Of a DNA stretch of 59,526 nucleotides, positions 34,801 through 47,800 are shown piece by piece. Both the position numbers and the translations under genes were made by a program. Source of the DNA: a virus (lineage: Duplodnaviria; Caudoviricetes); IMG/VR virus record IMGVR_UViG_3300008108_000206, positions 1-59,526 of that record. One strand, given 5' to 3'. Position 1 is the first letter of the stretch. Each line of letters begins with the position of its first letter. The notes under the pieces are model-generated. The model was not told the origin of the DNA and made no database searches. It was given only the letters and a program-made list of their open reading frames with translations.

Positions 34801-37800
34801 ATCAGTTTCTATTAATAATCCATCAACAGATTCTACTGGGATAACAACAGGTTCTGCTGTTATTACATTACCAGACAATTATTTTGGATCTGGATTAACT
34901 AATTATCCAAAATTAAAATTAACTGCAACTGTAGAAATTGATAAAGCAAAACCAAGATTAAAAACTTCAATTACGAATAAACGAATTGTAGTTACTTCAA
35001 GTGGTGATAGAATTATTCCTCTTCGTGGTACTGATTATGATGGAGAAAATATTGAAGTATATTCATATTCAGATGCTTATAAATTACGATATGTTTATGA
35101 AGGCACTTCTACTACTCCACCAGATGTTGATGCAAGTGGTCAATTAATTAGTGGTTCTGATGTATCATATAAATTTACTTTTGATAATGGACAAAGAGAT
35201 ACTTTATATGATGTGTCAAGAATTGTATTGAAACCAGGATTTGATGCCCCAATAGGACAACTAGTTATTGCATTTGATTATTTTGAACATTCTCAAGGTG
35301 ATTTTTGTACAGTAGATTCATATTTACATGAAGCTGGAGTATCAGCAGATGAGATTCCTTCATTCAATTCTGCTTTACATGGTATTGTTTCACTAAAAGA
35401 TGTCATCGATTTTAGACCAAAAGTAGATTCAAATACAACAATTACTGGATTCCAAGATATTTCTATTTTAGCAAATCCAGAAGGAAAAAGTTATATTAAC
35501 TTCGTTGGTGATGGTGGAGTAGTATCTGCAACGCCAGCATCAGATAATAATTTAGAATATACAGTTTCATTTAGTGAAACTCAATATCTAGATCGTATTG
35601 ATGGCATTTTCTTAAACAAAAAAGGAGAATTTGTAGTAAAGTCTGGTAATTCTTCTATTAATCCATCAAAACCAGATATTATAGATGATGCTATTGCAAT
35701 TTGCTACTTACATATTCCTTCATTTACAACTAATAGCAAGGATGTAAGAATTGTTCCAGTTGATAATCGTAGATATACGATGAGAGATATTGGTAAGTTG
35801 GAAAAAAGAATTGAACGTTTAGAATATTATACCACACTCAGTATTCTTGAGCAACAAGCTCTTAATATGCAAGTTAAAGATGAAATTGGTTTGGATAGAT
35901 TTAAAAGTGGTTTTATTGTAGATAATTTTGAATCTCATGGTATTGGCAATATTAAGTCTTCTGATTATAGATGCTCTATTGATACTCAGCAATCGGTATT
36001 GCGTCCACAAGCAAAAGAAAATAGTTTTAATTTAATTGAAATTAATACAAGAGACGATCAACGTTCTATTTCAGGATATAAAAAATCCGAAAATATTATA
36101 ACATTACCATACACATCAGTTAAAGTTCTTGGTAATGAATTTGCTACCAAAACAATTAATCCAAATCCATTTGTTGTTATTCAATATGTTGGTGATTGTA
36201 ATATCGCACCAATAATTGATCAATGGTATGACACAACTATTGCCCCATTAGCAGTAAATAATAATACAAATCACTTTACTATTTTCCAAGCAAAAGATGA
36301 TGTAAAAGAATCCTTATCGAGCATTTACAATTCTTTTGTTATAAATTGGGTAGGAACAAATGCTGCATTTTTAAATATTAATTCTTTTGCATCTGTAGCA
36401 AGTGAAACAGTCAACTCTTCGATTCAACAAGCATCAATTGCAAGTTCTTCGAATGTAAATCCACAAAATAATGAAATCGGAAAAGGAATTAATTCAAAGA
36501 CAGTAAATAATAATAGTGTTTCTTCATCACTACAATTTTTTGCTAGATCAATTCCTATTAAGTTTAAAGTACAAAGATTAAAAGCAAACACTAATCTCAA
36601 TGTTTATGTTGATGGTAGAAATATTAATAGATGGATAGTTCCAGATACAATTTTTACTGGTATTGCAGGAAATTCTTTATCAACATTTAATTCTTCTTTA
36701 TCTACAGATGAAAATGGTAATTTAAGTGGAGTAATTTTATTCCCTTCTGGTTATCCTCCGATTGAAAATTCTAGATGGACAGGAGATGTTAACACAGTTT
36801 CATATGATGAAGGATCTGAAGAAATAAGATTTGCTTCTGGAGAAAAAACAATTACTTTCTCATCATCTACAGATTATTCCGAAAAATTAACTGCAGATAC
36901 TTATGCAGAAATTAAGTTTTATTCTTCTGGTATTATTCCAGAAAATCCACCATCAATTATTTCAACTTCAGTTGCATATTTTAAAGCAAATGAAGGAGTA
37001 CAATTAGTTAATAGTAATACAGATCAAGAATCAAAACCAAATCCATTAGCACAAACATTTAAAATTGAGAATTTTGCAGGTGGTTTATTTACCACTGGTG
37101 TTGATTTATTCTTCAATAAAAAAGATGATTCTGTTCCAATTAGAGTATATCTATCTAATATTGATACAGGAAAACCTGGAAAGTTTATAGTTCCAGGTTC
37201 AGAATCTGTAATGTATCCAGAAACTTATTTAAAAGTTTATCTCACTGGAGATTCTGATACTATTTCTATTAGAAAAGGAGAATTTATAAAAGGTAAGAAT
37301 TCAAATGCTACTGGTCCAGTTTTAAAAGTTTATGATAAAAATAATATTTTAGTTGGAGATGAGAATTCTACTCAATTCCAATTAAATAAAGAACAGGTTT
37401 ATACTTTAGTTTTAAGTAATCACAATGGATCTACGTTCCTTCAAAATGAACCACTAGAAATTCCTTCTGTTACTGAATTCAATAACACTAGAAATAAAAA
37501 TGCAATTTTATTAATTGCAAAAGATTCTGGTAAAGTTATTGACTTGAAAGTTATGAATGTTGGTGATAATTATGAAAGTGCAACTATTACTATAGAAAGT
37601 CCACAACTTCCAGGAGGAAGTACTGCAACAGGAACTGTTAGTGTTTCTGATTTTAAAATTTATAATGCAGAAATTTCACTTAATGGACGTGGTTACACAG
37701 AAGCTCCATCAGTTGTCATCAAAGGAATTGGAAGTGGTGCAGGAGAAGCAATAATAGAATCTGTTATTGAAATTGATACTCCAGCTGTAAGAATGGGAAT

Positions 37801-39787
37801 TGCTACAGATGAATACAGTGAAACCAAATCTATTATTCCGACCAGATTTAATTTTAAATATCCTGTATATTTACAAAATAATGCACAATATGCACTCACA
37901 ATTGAAACTGATTCCATCAACTATGAAATCTGGGCTTCTCGTTTAGGAGAAACTGAAATTGCAACTAGCACTACAGTAAATTCTCAACCTTTACTTGGCT
38001 CTGTGTATAAGTCACAAAATACAGATAATTGGACGGAAGATTTATTTGAAGATATTAAGTTTACTTTATATAGAGCTGAATTTAATATTTCTAGACCAGC
38101 AGAAATTTTACTATCTAATAGTAAATTAGGATATGAATTATTAGATTCAAATCCATTCGAAACTAGTGTTAGATCTTCTACTAATGCTACATCAGATTTA
38201 TTTAAAAATAATAATTCTATTGTTAAGGTAAATCATCGAGATAATGGTTTTGAAGATTCTGGAAAATCTTATGTGTTCTTTAGAAATGCAGAGACAGTTG
38301 GAGGTATTTCTTCAACATCATTAAATTCTTTATTATTTGAAGTTAAAAATTCTGGATTAGATTTTTATAATATTATTTCTCCTAATAGAGCTGGATCAAG
38401 TGTTGTTGGTGGAGGCAAAAAAGTATTAGCTTCTTATAATAGAAAATATGAAAGACTATATGCTCAAATTTCTTACTTACAATTAGAGGGAACTACAATT
38501 GATACTTTTGTAAAAACTACAAATATTACTCCTGTAGATTCATCCTCAACAAATTTCCCATCATATACACAAACTGACTACGAAAGAACTTTCTTAAATC
38601 AAGAACATTTCTTTACAAATCAAAAATTAGTTGCATCCAGAATTAATGAAACATTAAATTCGATTGATAGATCATTAACTTACAAAATTAATCTTTCCTC
38701 TTCGGTATCATATCTATCACCAGTAATTGATTTAAATACTTGTTCGGTTAAAATGTCAACAAATAGAATTGAGAATGCGTCTGGATATGAAAATAGATTT
38801 GGAAAGAGATACCAAGTTCTCAAATTCTTCCCATTATATAACTTAGGATTAATTGTAGTTGGTTCCGATGATGATTTAGTTACTGGAACAGTTTTAACTG
38901 GGCAGACAAGTAAAGCAATTGGAACCATTTTAAATTATAACAATAATATTGCTTTAATTACACTCAATACTTCGGTTGCATTTGAAAATAATGAGCAAAT
39001 TATTGCTACAACTCCAGCAGGAGTAAGAATAACATCAGTAAATTTAAGTGTTTCTTCTTCCGTAGAGCAAATTTATACATTTGCAGAAAATGCAGATTTA
39101 ATTGCATATTATCCACAAAATATTAATGTTGATTATGGAAATATAATTAATGGTAAGATTATTTCTTGGGATTCCAAAGACAAAGAAATAATAGTAGAAA
39201 ATAGTTATCTTCCTATTAATGGAAATTATGTAAGCGAAATAACTAAAGATAGTGCTTTTGTTAGAAAAGAAACTGAACAATCTCAAGATATTTTTAGAGT
39301 TGGTGATATAGTTAAAACTGGTGATAATAGATATGTAGAAGTTGCTGCTATGAATTTTACAACTGGAATTGATTTTACTCCAGAATCAAGCTCTAAAAAT
39401 AGTTCTTCTTTGGCAAAATATGTTTCTAAAGAAGTTACAATTAATAGTCCAGGAACTTCAATTGATGTTAGAATTACTGCCAATTTAAAAGATAGAGAAA
39501 ATGTAAAGATTCTTTATAGAATTAAAGAAGCATCACTTCAATCAAATTTCGAAGATATTAATTGGAAATATTTTAATATTGATGGATCTCCTGATAATGA
39601 CGATTTAGCTACAGCAGAGAATTCAATTTCTGCTATTGTAGAAAAACAATCATCATATCAAGAGTTTAAATATAGTGCTGCGGATCTTCCAGAGTTCACT
39701 TCATTTGCTATTAAAATTGTAATGAAGACAGATGATCCTGCTTATGCTCCAAAAATTCAAGATGTTCGTGCAGTTGCTTCATTCTGA
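31855..39787 (+). CDS. VrlC-like (DUF4815-type) large virion structural protein; 5' end frameshifted at ~31920
   Basis: Canonical start MPQKTNLNVSPYFDDFD at 31855 is out of frame with the 2631-aa body (EEGIYFVNGYFV, APGAHRL, LARRTFDESGDY, RRYTMRDIGKLEKRIERLEYYT, PLAQTF). Confidence 0.8.
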
Positions 39788-39984
39788 TGAATTATTTACC
39801 AGTTGACGGTCATCCAAATTTAGTTAGAGATGTTAGTACTGGGGCGATCATAAGTAAAGATCGCCCAACAAAAAGATTAACATCAGAATTTAATGTAATG
39901 CGTGATGACATAAATACTTTGAAGGAAGAAATATCTGAAATCAAACAGCTTCTTAGAGAGATAGTAAGAAATGGCAGTTCTTAG
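39787..39984 (+). CDS. small T4-like cyanophage protein
   Basis: VDGHPNLVRDVSTGAII...LKEEISEIKQLL. Confidence 0.85.
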   Translation: MNYLPVDGHPNLVRDVSTGAIISKDRPTKRLTSEFNVMRDDINTLKEEISEIKQLLREIVRNGSS

Positions 39985-42900
39985 ATCCGTTGCTAAAACA
40001 GACACCTTTGAAAAACAACGTCAAATTATAAATCAAATTGCATCTGATGTTTATAGTGTTCAGACTTCAGTAGGGGAAGGAGCATTTAGCATGAGTGATG
40101 GTTCTGTGCAAGAACCAGCATTGTATTTTACAAATGCAACTGATGTTGGAATTTTTAGAGGTAGTGCAAAATCTTTATACATTGCTTCGGAAGGAAAATC
40201 TGTTGCTAGTTTTGATGCAAATAATTTAACAGCATTACAAAATTTTAAAACTTTAATCTCATCTGTTCCAAATGGAACATCTGGAATTACTTTAGCTAAT
40301 GGAGGATCAGAATATAGTTCTGGTGTATTCAGTTCTATTCCTTTAATAGGAGGTTCTGGATCGGGAATAAAAGCAAATTTAACTGTAACTGCTATTGAAG
40401 GAGATATTGTAGATGGAGGTGGTGGATATGTTGGAGGATCATATGTAAGTGTTCCTATGATTGGCGGATCTGGAACTGGAGCTACCGCCGATATTACAGT
40501 TTCTCCTTTTAGTGGCAGTATTCAAAATGGAGGAACTGGAGGAGATATTGGATCCAACAATTCTCAAATTTTCACTAATGTTTCTTTAACTGGTGGATCT
40601 GGCTCTGGCATGAGAGCAGATATTACACTTACAAATACTGGAGCAAACGTATCTGTTACTGGGGTAACAGTTGTAAATCAAGGTTCTGGTTATCAAACTG
40701 GAGATGTTTTATCTGCCATTTCAAATACTATTGCTGGAGTTACTAACTTTCAATATGTAATTAATGGTGTTGGAAATGTAAGCCAAATTCAAATACTTTT
40801 ATCTGATGGTGGTTATGTAATTGGTGATATACTTACAGTAAATAATTCTAGTTTAGGTGGATCTGGTTCTGGACTTCAGTTTGAAGTAACTGGTGTTGGT
40901 ATTGTTACGGATGCAGCTATAGTAAATGGGGGAGATGGATATTTAATTGGAGATCAATTAACAGTTAATCCAGTTGAACTAGCTCCATCTGAAACTTGGT
41001 ATGTAAGAATGTGGAGAACTCAATTATTTGAGTTTTCGGGAACATTGCCAACTACTGGTTTTAATATTGGAAATACATTAACTTATGCTGGAGAAAATAG
41101 AATAATTGTAAATAGATTTTTAAATGCTCAAAATCAAATAACAGCAGTTGCTGTTAGAGCTGGAGCTGAAGATGGTAATACTATACAATTTTCTCCTGGA
41201 TTATCTGCTTCCGATGGTAATGGAAATACTGGCTTAGTTATATCTTCAGTTTCAGCTCTAAATTATTATTTTTCTTTAAATCAAGCTGGACCATATGAAA
41301 ATATAAGAAATTTTACTTTCCAAAAAAATAAAAGATATATTTTCAACCAAGCAAACTCATCAAATAATACTCACCCTATTAGATTCAGCACAACTCCAGA
41401 TGGTATTCACACTTTATTAAGTGGTCAAGGTGCTCAAGCAGATTTTGGAGATCCTTATGATGGAGATGAAGTAAATTATCAGTATACTTCAGTGGATGTA
41501 TCTATCATCCCAAATGATAATACACCAACCACTTTATATTATTATTGTAGTAATGGTTTTGGAAATCCAATAAATGAACATATTAATGAAGGTGGTTTTG
41601 ATGGAAAAGAAGGAAGCATAACTATAAGTGGGGAAGCTACTGTAGCTGGAGGTAATTTATCAATTACCGTTGCTCAAGTAGATACAGAATCAAATATTAT
41701 TCTCAACAAAGATGGTACTGCTACCCTTGGTACAACTACAGCTTCTTCTTTGACGCTAACTGGAAATATTGCAATTGGTGGTGCAGAAACTCTTTCTGGA
41801 AATTTAACAATAGGATCAAACAAATTTACTGTAGATTCTTTAAATGGAGATACCTTTATCGCAGGATCTCTTACAGTTGATGCAGATCTAGCATTTTTAG
41901 CAGATGCAGAACTTGGATCAACTTTATATATCGATTCCACAAATAATAGAGTATCTGTAAATGTTGATCCAGATATAACACCACTAACAAAATCATTTGA
42001 AGTTCTTGGTGATGCAAAAATTTCCGATAATGTTATTTTGGCTTCTTCGGTACAATCTACTTTAAAAGTTGGTAATAGCAATATTTTATCACAAGGATCT
42101 AGGTTACAAGTAGATGGCAATATTTATTCCAATTCAAAATATTATGCAGAAGCTGATGGAGATGTAACAAAGCCAGTTTATACTTTTGATAGTTTAGAAA
42201 GAGTAGGATTATCTGCAGATCCAACTAGAAATTCTTTATCAGTGACTACAACTACTGGAGAATGTTTAACAGTAGAGCCACAAGTAGTAAACTTTTTACG
42301 AAATGCAGATTTTAATAAATTAGAAGTTTTAACATCTTCTATTATTCCAGGTGAAGGTTATGAAATAGGATCATATTCTGGAGTAGAATTTGTAGGAGGA
42401 ACTGGTTCTGGATTTTTTGGAGATGTAATTGTAGCTTTTGTTGGTAATATATCTAATGTAGGAAGTGGTTATGTTGATGGAGAATATATTGCTAATTTCA
42501 GTGGTGGTTCTGGACTTGGAGCATCTTTATCTTTCACAGTGGTTGATAATGAAGTAGAAAATATTGTTGTGACAAACGGTGGCACTGGATATTTAGTTGG
42601 TGATATTTTAACAATAAATCCAAATACTATTACTAATAATCAAAATCAATTAGTTACATTTACTCCAACTGATGATGCTGAATACACAATAACGTTTTTA
42701 GGGGCAGTAACAGTTGTTAATCCAAATATTTCAGGAGAAGGATATATATCTGGAGATGAATTAACATTTAAATCTAATAGTGATCTTTTTGTAAATCAAT
42801 CTCTGCCATCAAATTATTTTCCGTGGTTACCAGAACAATCTGTTTTAATTGGAGATTTATTATATTATCAAAACAAATTATATGAAGTTACTCTTTCTGG

Positions 42901-44287
42901 AGATACTGCGGAAACTCAATTTCCACCTTCACATATTACTGGAACTCAATTAAATGGAACTAGTGAATTAACATTTGTTAAATATATTAAATTTTCATAT
43001 ATTATTGATACAACAGATACTCTTACTACAGTATCAATTAATAAAGATGATGGGGATGTTTTATCGGAATCTATTACCACAAATTTAATCACTGTAGGAA
43101 ATCAATTATCAATTAATGCTAACCAAATTTCTTCCACACAAAACCAAGATATTGTTATTACTCCAGGAGCAGCATCAAAGTTACTATCAATAGCTGGATC
43201 AGGTGGAGTTAAAGTTCCTGTAGGTAATTCGACAAATAGACCATCTGCATCTACTTTAGGAATTATTAGATATAATTCTCAAACTCAACAATATGAAGGA
43301 TCTAATGGTTCTAACTTTATTTCTCTTGGTGGCGTTAGAGATGTTGATGGAAATACTTATATTATTGCAGAAGAAGAAACTGGAGCTAATGATAATATTT
43401 TATACTTCTTTAATGATGCAGATAATTCTGCAAGATTAAATCGTAATGAGTTGGAGTTGGTAACTGCAACTACTATATCTTCCAAAGATACTGATGGCAA
43501 ATTTAAATGGAAAGAAAATACATCGTATTTACTTAATGCTTTTATTTACTATGATACTAATTTATATCAAGTAACTACAGCAGGAACTACTGGTTCAAAT
43601 GCTCCTACCCACACAGTAGGAATAGAACCTAATGGTACAGCTCAATTAACATATGTCAGTAATACATATGGAGATTTAATATTAAAAGCAAATAATATCA
43701 CATTTGATGGGCAGTTAACTTTAGGTGGTTCTTTACAATTATATACATTAAATAATGCATTAATATTAGAAAATACTTCCGACGCTTTTAAATTTGCTTT
43801 TGGAGACAATACTGGCACACCAAATACATTTGCATCAATTACTGATTCTGGATCATTATTAATTAATAAAAATTACAATACTCTAAATCCAGAAAATAAT
43901 CTTACTGTTTTAGATTATAGCGGTAAATTTATAGAGCTTGAAGATATTAAAATATTAACATTTGATTTATCTTTAGTAAAAGGAGCTACAGAAACTGGAA
44001 ATATTACAGTTTATGATCCAGATTTATGTAAAGGAGCAAAAGTAATTATTGTTGCTGAAAATATTACTTCTGGTGATACTCATATTGTTGAATATAATAT
44101 AATTTCAAAAGGATCTGATATATATGTAAATGAATATGGTAATTTAGATACTGGACTTGAGCAATATCAAGTCGAATGGTTGCTTTCTCCTGGAGGAAAT
44201 ATTCAAGGTAATGTGTCATTATCTTCTGCATTAACAGCAAGTGATATGGTAATTATTACAGCATCAATTACTCAAATTAAGAAATAA
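39971..44287 (+). CDS. 1438-aa virion structural/fibre-like protein
   Basis: KTDTFEKQRQIIN N-terminus; G-rich GGSGSG repeats; cupredoxin-like and CBM-like modules; GIIRYNSQTQQYEG; upstream CATAAATA at 39909. Confidence 0.75.
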   Translation: MAVLRSVAKTDTFEKQRQIINQIASDVYSVQTSVGEGAFSMSDGSVQEPALYFTNATDVGIFRGSAKSLYIASEGKSVASFDANNLTALQNFKTLISSVPNGTSGITLANGGSEYSSGVFSSIPLIGGSGSGIKANLTVTAIEGDIVDGGGGYVGGSYVSVPMIGGSGTGATADITVSPFSGSIQNGGTGGDIGSNNSQIFTNVSLTGGSGSGMRADITLTNTGANVSVTGVTVVNQGSGYQTGDVLSAISNTIAGVTNFQYVINGVGNVSQIQILLSDGGYVIGDILTVNNSSLGGSGSGLQFEVTGVGIVTDAAIVNGGDGYLIGDQLTVNPVELAPSETWYVRMWRTQLFEFSGTLPTTGFNIGNTLTYAGENRIIVNRFLNAQNQITAVAVRAGAEDGNTIQFSPGLSASDGNGNTGLVISSVSALNYYFSLNQAGPYENIRNFTFQKNKRYIFNQANSSNNTHPIRFSTTPDGIHTLLSGQGAQADFGDPYDGDEVNYQYTSVDVSIIPNDNTPTTLYYYCSNGFGNPINEHINEGGFDGKEGSITISGEATVAGGNLSITVAQVDTESNIILNKDGTATLGTTTASSLTLTGNIAIGGAETLSGNLTIGSNKFTVDSLNGDTFIAGSLTVDADLAFLADAELGSTLYIDSTNNRVSVNVDPDITPLTKSFEVLGDAKISDNVILASSVQSTLKVGNSNILSQGSRLQVDGNIYSNSKYYAEADGDVTKPVYTFDSLERVGLSADPTRNSLSVTTTTGECLTVEPQVVNFLRNADFNKLEVLTSSIIPGEGYEIGSYSGVEFVGGTGSGFFGDVIVAFVGNISNVGSGYVDGEYIANFSGGSGLGASLSFTVVDNEVENIVVTNGGTGYLVGDILTINPNTITNNQNQLVTFTPTDDAEYTITFLGAVTVVNPNISGEGYISGDELTFKSNSDLFVNQSLPSNYFPWLPEQSVLIGDLLYYQNKLYEVTLSGDTAETQFPPSHITGTQLNGTSELTFVKYIKFSYIIDTTDTLTTVSINKDDGDVLSESITTNLITVGNQLSINANQISSTQNQDIVITPGAASKLLSIAGSGGVKVPVGNSTNRPSASTLGIIRYNSQTQQYEGSNGSNFISLGGVRDVDGNTYIIAEEETGANDNILYFFNDADNSARLNRNELELVTATTISSKDTDGKFKWKENTSYLLNAFIYYDTNLYQVTTAGTTGSNAPTHTVGIEPNGTAQLTYVSNTYGDLILKANNITFDGQLTLGGSLQLYTLNNALILENTSDAFKFAFGDNTGTPNTFASITDSGSLLINKNYNTLNPENNLTVLDYSGKFIELEDIKILTFDLSLVKGATETGNITVYDPDLCKGAKVIIVAENITSGDTHIVEYNIISKGSDIYVNEYGNLDTGLEQYQVEWLLSPGGNIQGNVSLSSALTASDMVIITASITQIKK

Positions 44288-44292
44288 TTCTC

Positions 44293-44799
44293 ATGGCAAC
44301 TTCAATAAAAACTTTTAATTCGGAAGGTGGATTTGGTGTAAATCAAAAAACAATTATTGATGAAGATTTTAATTTAATCAACGCAAATACTATCGAAGTT
44401 AAAAATTCTAATTATAATGATTTAAATAAAACTGATTATATCTTAAAAGGTTTGAATAGTACTGTTTTAACTTTAGATGGATTACAACCTATTACTTTAC
44501 AATCAAATACAATCAATTTTATAACAGCAAACATAATTGCGGTTAATTCGATTGGAGATGGTCATTATTCGGAAAAAATAGAATCACATGTTACATGTAA
44601 TTCTTCTGGAGATGTTCAAGTTTTATCTGAACTAACTACTATTATTAAAGACAGTATTCCAACTGGTCAAACTTGGACTATATTATCTTATGATAGTGGT
44701 ACAGCAAATCAATTTAGTTATGTTTCTTCGAGAGGTGGAACAACTGATACTATTAAATGGATGGCTTATGTTCAAGTTTCATCCGCACTTTGGACTTAA
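44293..44799 (+). CDS. virion structural protein (putative)
   Basis: KTFNSEGGFGV N-terminus; beta-rich; within the late operon. Confidence 0.65.
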   Translation: MATSIKTFNSEGGFGVNQKTIIDEDFNLINANTIEVKNSNYNDLNKTDYILKGLNSTVLTLDGLQPITLQSNTINFITANIIAVNSIGDGHYSEKIESHVTCNSSGDVQVLSELTTIIKDSIPTGQTWTILSYDSGTANQFSYVSSRGGTTDTIKWMAYVQVSSALWT

Positions 44800-44844
44800 A
44801 GAGAACTAAATACATTAAGAATAACAAAAGGTAGTAGTTGACAA

Positions 44845-47800
44845 ATGAGTTTAGAATTTAACGCTGATAAGCAAATAATTAAAGGTTCTAATCCGTCAAT
44901 TGTTGGTTCTAACGAATTTACAGTTAGATCTGGAACTGGTGCGAATGAAAAAGAAATTATTCGTGCAATTTTAGATTCATCAACTAATTTACCTAGAGTT
45001 GGTATTAATAGAACTGGAAGAAGAGTAGAAAGTATTTCGGTAAATGAAAACCAAGGTGGAACTGATTATACAATAAATCCTTCTGTTATTTTAAGTCCTC
45101 CAGATTTAGCAAATGGAGTTCAAGCATTAGCATCTGCAGTAGTTTCTAATGGATCTGTAGTTGCAATTATTGTTGATAATCCAGGTGATGGTTACACTTC
45201 AGCACCAACTGTTAGTATTACAGGTGGAGGAGGTTCTGGTGCAGCAGCAACTGCTGTATTAGATACAGTAGATTTTGAACTTGATATTAATGGTGCTATC
45301 AGAACATCTACATCTATCATTTCTGATACTGCCAGAATTCTAAATCTTGATATTGATAATTTTGTTACGCCAGATGCAAATTTCCGTGCTCCTAATTTAA
45401 AAACTTGGGCAAATAATAGTGGTATTCCTTGGGCACCTGGAGTATCTTTACAAAAAGATGATTATAGATATTTTGGACAAAATTTATATCAAGTAATAGA
45501 ATCTGGTATTACTGGAACAACTGGACCCAATCATTTAGATGGATTAAAATTAAATGGCACTGCTTTATTAAAGCATATTGGTTATAGAGTTAGTGATGCA
45601 AATGCACCATATTATAACGAAACTGGAAACTCTGGAGTATTTCCTAGATCGATTACTCCACTTCTAGGAGATAAATCTGATAAAATTGCTACCACTGAAT
45701 ATGTTCTTAACTTAGCAACTAATGACGTAGGTGGTCGTGTATATGTATCACAAGCAATTGGTAATGATGAAAACGATGGTAGATCTGCAGCTGCTCCAGT
45801 AAGAACAATTAAAAGAGCATGTCAAATTGCTTCTCAATCAAAAGGAGTCAAGGAAACTGTTGTAATTTCTGGTGGTGATTATGTAGAAGATAATCCAATT
45901 TCTATTCCAGCAGATTGTTCAATTGTCGGTGACAACTTACGTCTAGTAATTGTAAGACCAGCAAATCCAAAAAAACATATATTTAAATTTGGAGATAAAA
46001 ATTATGTAACTGGTGTTACCTTTAGAGATCAAATTGATTCTAATGGAGATCCAGTTGCTACATGGGATTATGCAATGGTCTTTGATGATAAGCAAAGAAT
46101 TTATTATGATCCAACAACTGGTGGAGATTTTGGAAGAGATTTTACAATTGGACATCAAATTTTTGGACCAGAAAAAATTAGAGTATCTTTTCAAACAAAT
46201 ACAGGATTAGATCAATTAGTATCTGGATTAACTGTAACAGGTGTTAATACTGGTGCAGTTGGTATTATTACTAATGTAACATTCAACGCAACAACTGGTC
46301 CGCAGGCTTACATTAACGGAACAGTGGATGTTGATATTCAAAGTGGTTCTTTTAATAATGGTGAAACATTTTCATATCAAATAGGAACTGCTCCAAATAT
46401 AGATACATATGAATTTGTATCCATCCAAATTAATTCAATTAGAGCAGAAGGAGAAGTTGTAGATGTAGGAACAGATTTAATTACAGCTCTTCCAATTACT
46501 AGAATTGATTTTTCGAAGCAAGGAACTGCAGAAGTAACAGAAGGTGGATTTGGTTATAATGGTTCTCCAGAAGATTTGGGTGGTATTATTTTATATACCA
46601 ATATTCTTTTGGGAAGACAAAATATTCATGACTTTAAAGAAGGTCAAGAAATTGAAATTTCTGGAATGCCAACATCTGCACCAAATTTGTCATTTTTAAA
46701 TGGCAAAACTAGGATTTACAAAATTTTAATTGATGCTGATGGTAGATCAAGAAGATTTGTAATTCCAAAAAAAGTAGATTTAACTGACGAAAATTATATT
46801 CCTCCATCAATAGCAAATGTAAAATCATATTCAAACTATATTACATTAAGTCTGTTAAACTCACCTAATAAATTTCCAATCGCATCTTCAATTTCGAGAA
46901 GATTTCAAGATGCATGTAATTTAATTCGCAATAATATTAATTTTATTGTCGATGAAACTTATTTACAAGTATTGAGTGAATTTAGCAATTTTACTCCACC
47001 AAATGTTTCTAAATGTCGTAGAGATATTGGTCATTTTTTAAATGCTATTATTCGTGATTTGGAATATGGTAGTAATTATAATATAGTTGAAGCAGCAAAA
47101 TACTATGTAGAGAATACTACACAAATTGGTTATGTAGATGGAGAAATTACAGAAACAGTAAGAGCATTTGATATTGCTAGAAGATTAGCAATTATTGCTA
47201 TGAGAAATTGGAGAACTGGAAATGGAACAATTTCTGATCCAATTTATACAGCAGCATATTCATCTTTACCGAAATTTTTTGATAATACAGTTATCACAAC
47301 AACTGCTGGATCTCCAGCATGTGCAGATGTAGCAAGTGCTATTGATACATTAGGTTATCTTTTTACTACAATCATTACTAATAATACTACTGATAGATTC
47401 TTAGATGCTTCATATTTAATTGCTCGTAATGATGATTTCATTGCTTCGGAAGCTTTAGGTTATGCAAAAGCAACATATCCTTCACTAGGGCTTTCTGTTA
47501 ATGATGAAACCAAATGCAAGAGAGATATTAAATATATTCTCAATGCTTTAAGAAGAGATTTATCATTAGGAGGAAATGCTGGGATTGTTACAGCAGCTGA
47601 AGCATATTTTACAGGAACAGAATTAACAGGAATTCCAACTAGTGAACTATCAGCAACAAGATTTGCCTTCCAAAAAGCAAAAGATCTTGCTATTTTAGCA
47701 ATGAGAAATTGGAAAACAGGAGATGGTACTGGTCCTGTTTATACTAGATTATACGAAACTTCAATTGCTTTATTTACAGATAATACAATTGCTGTAGATC

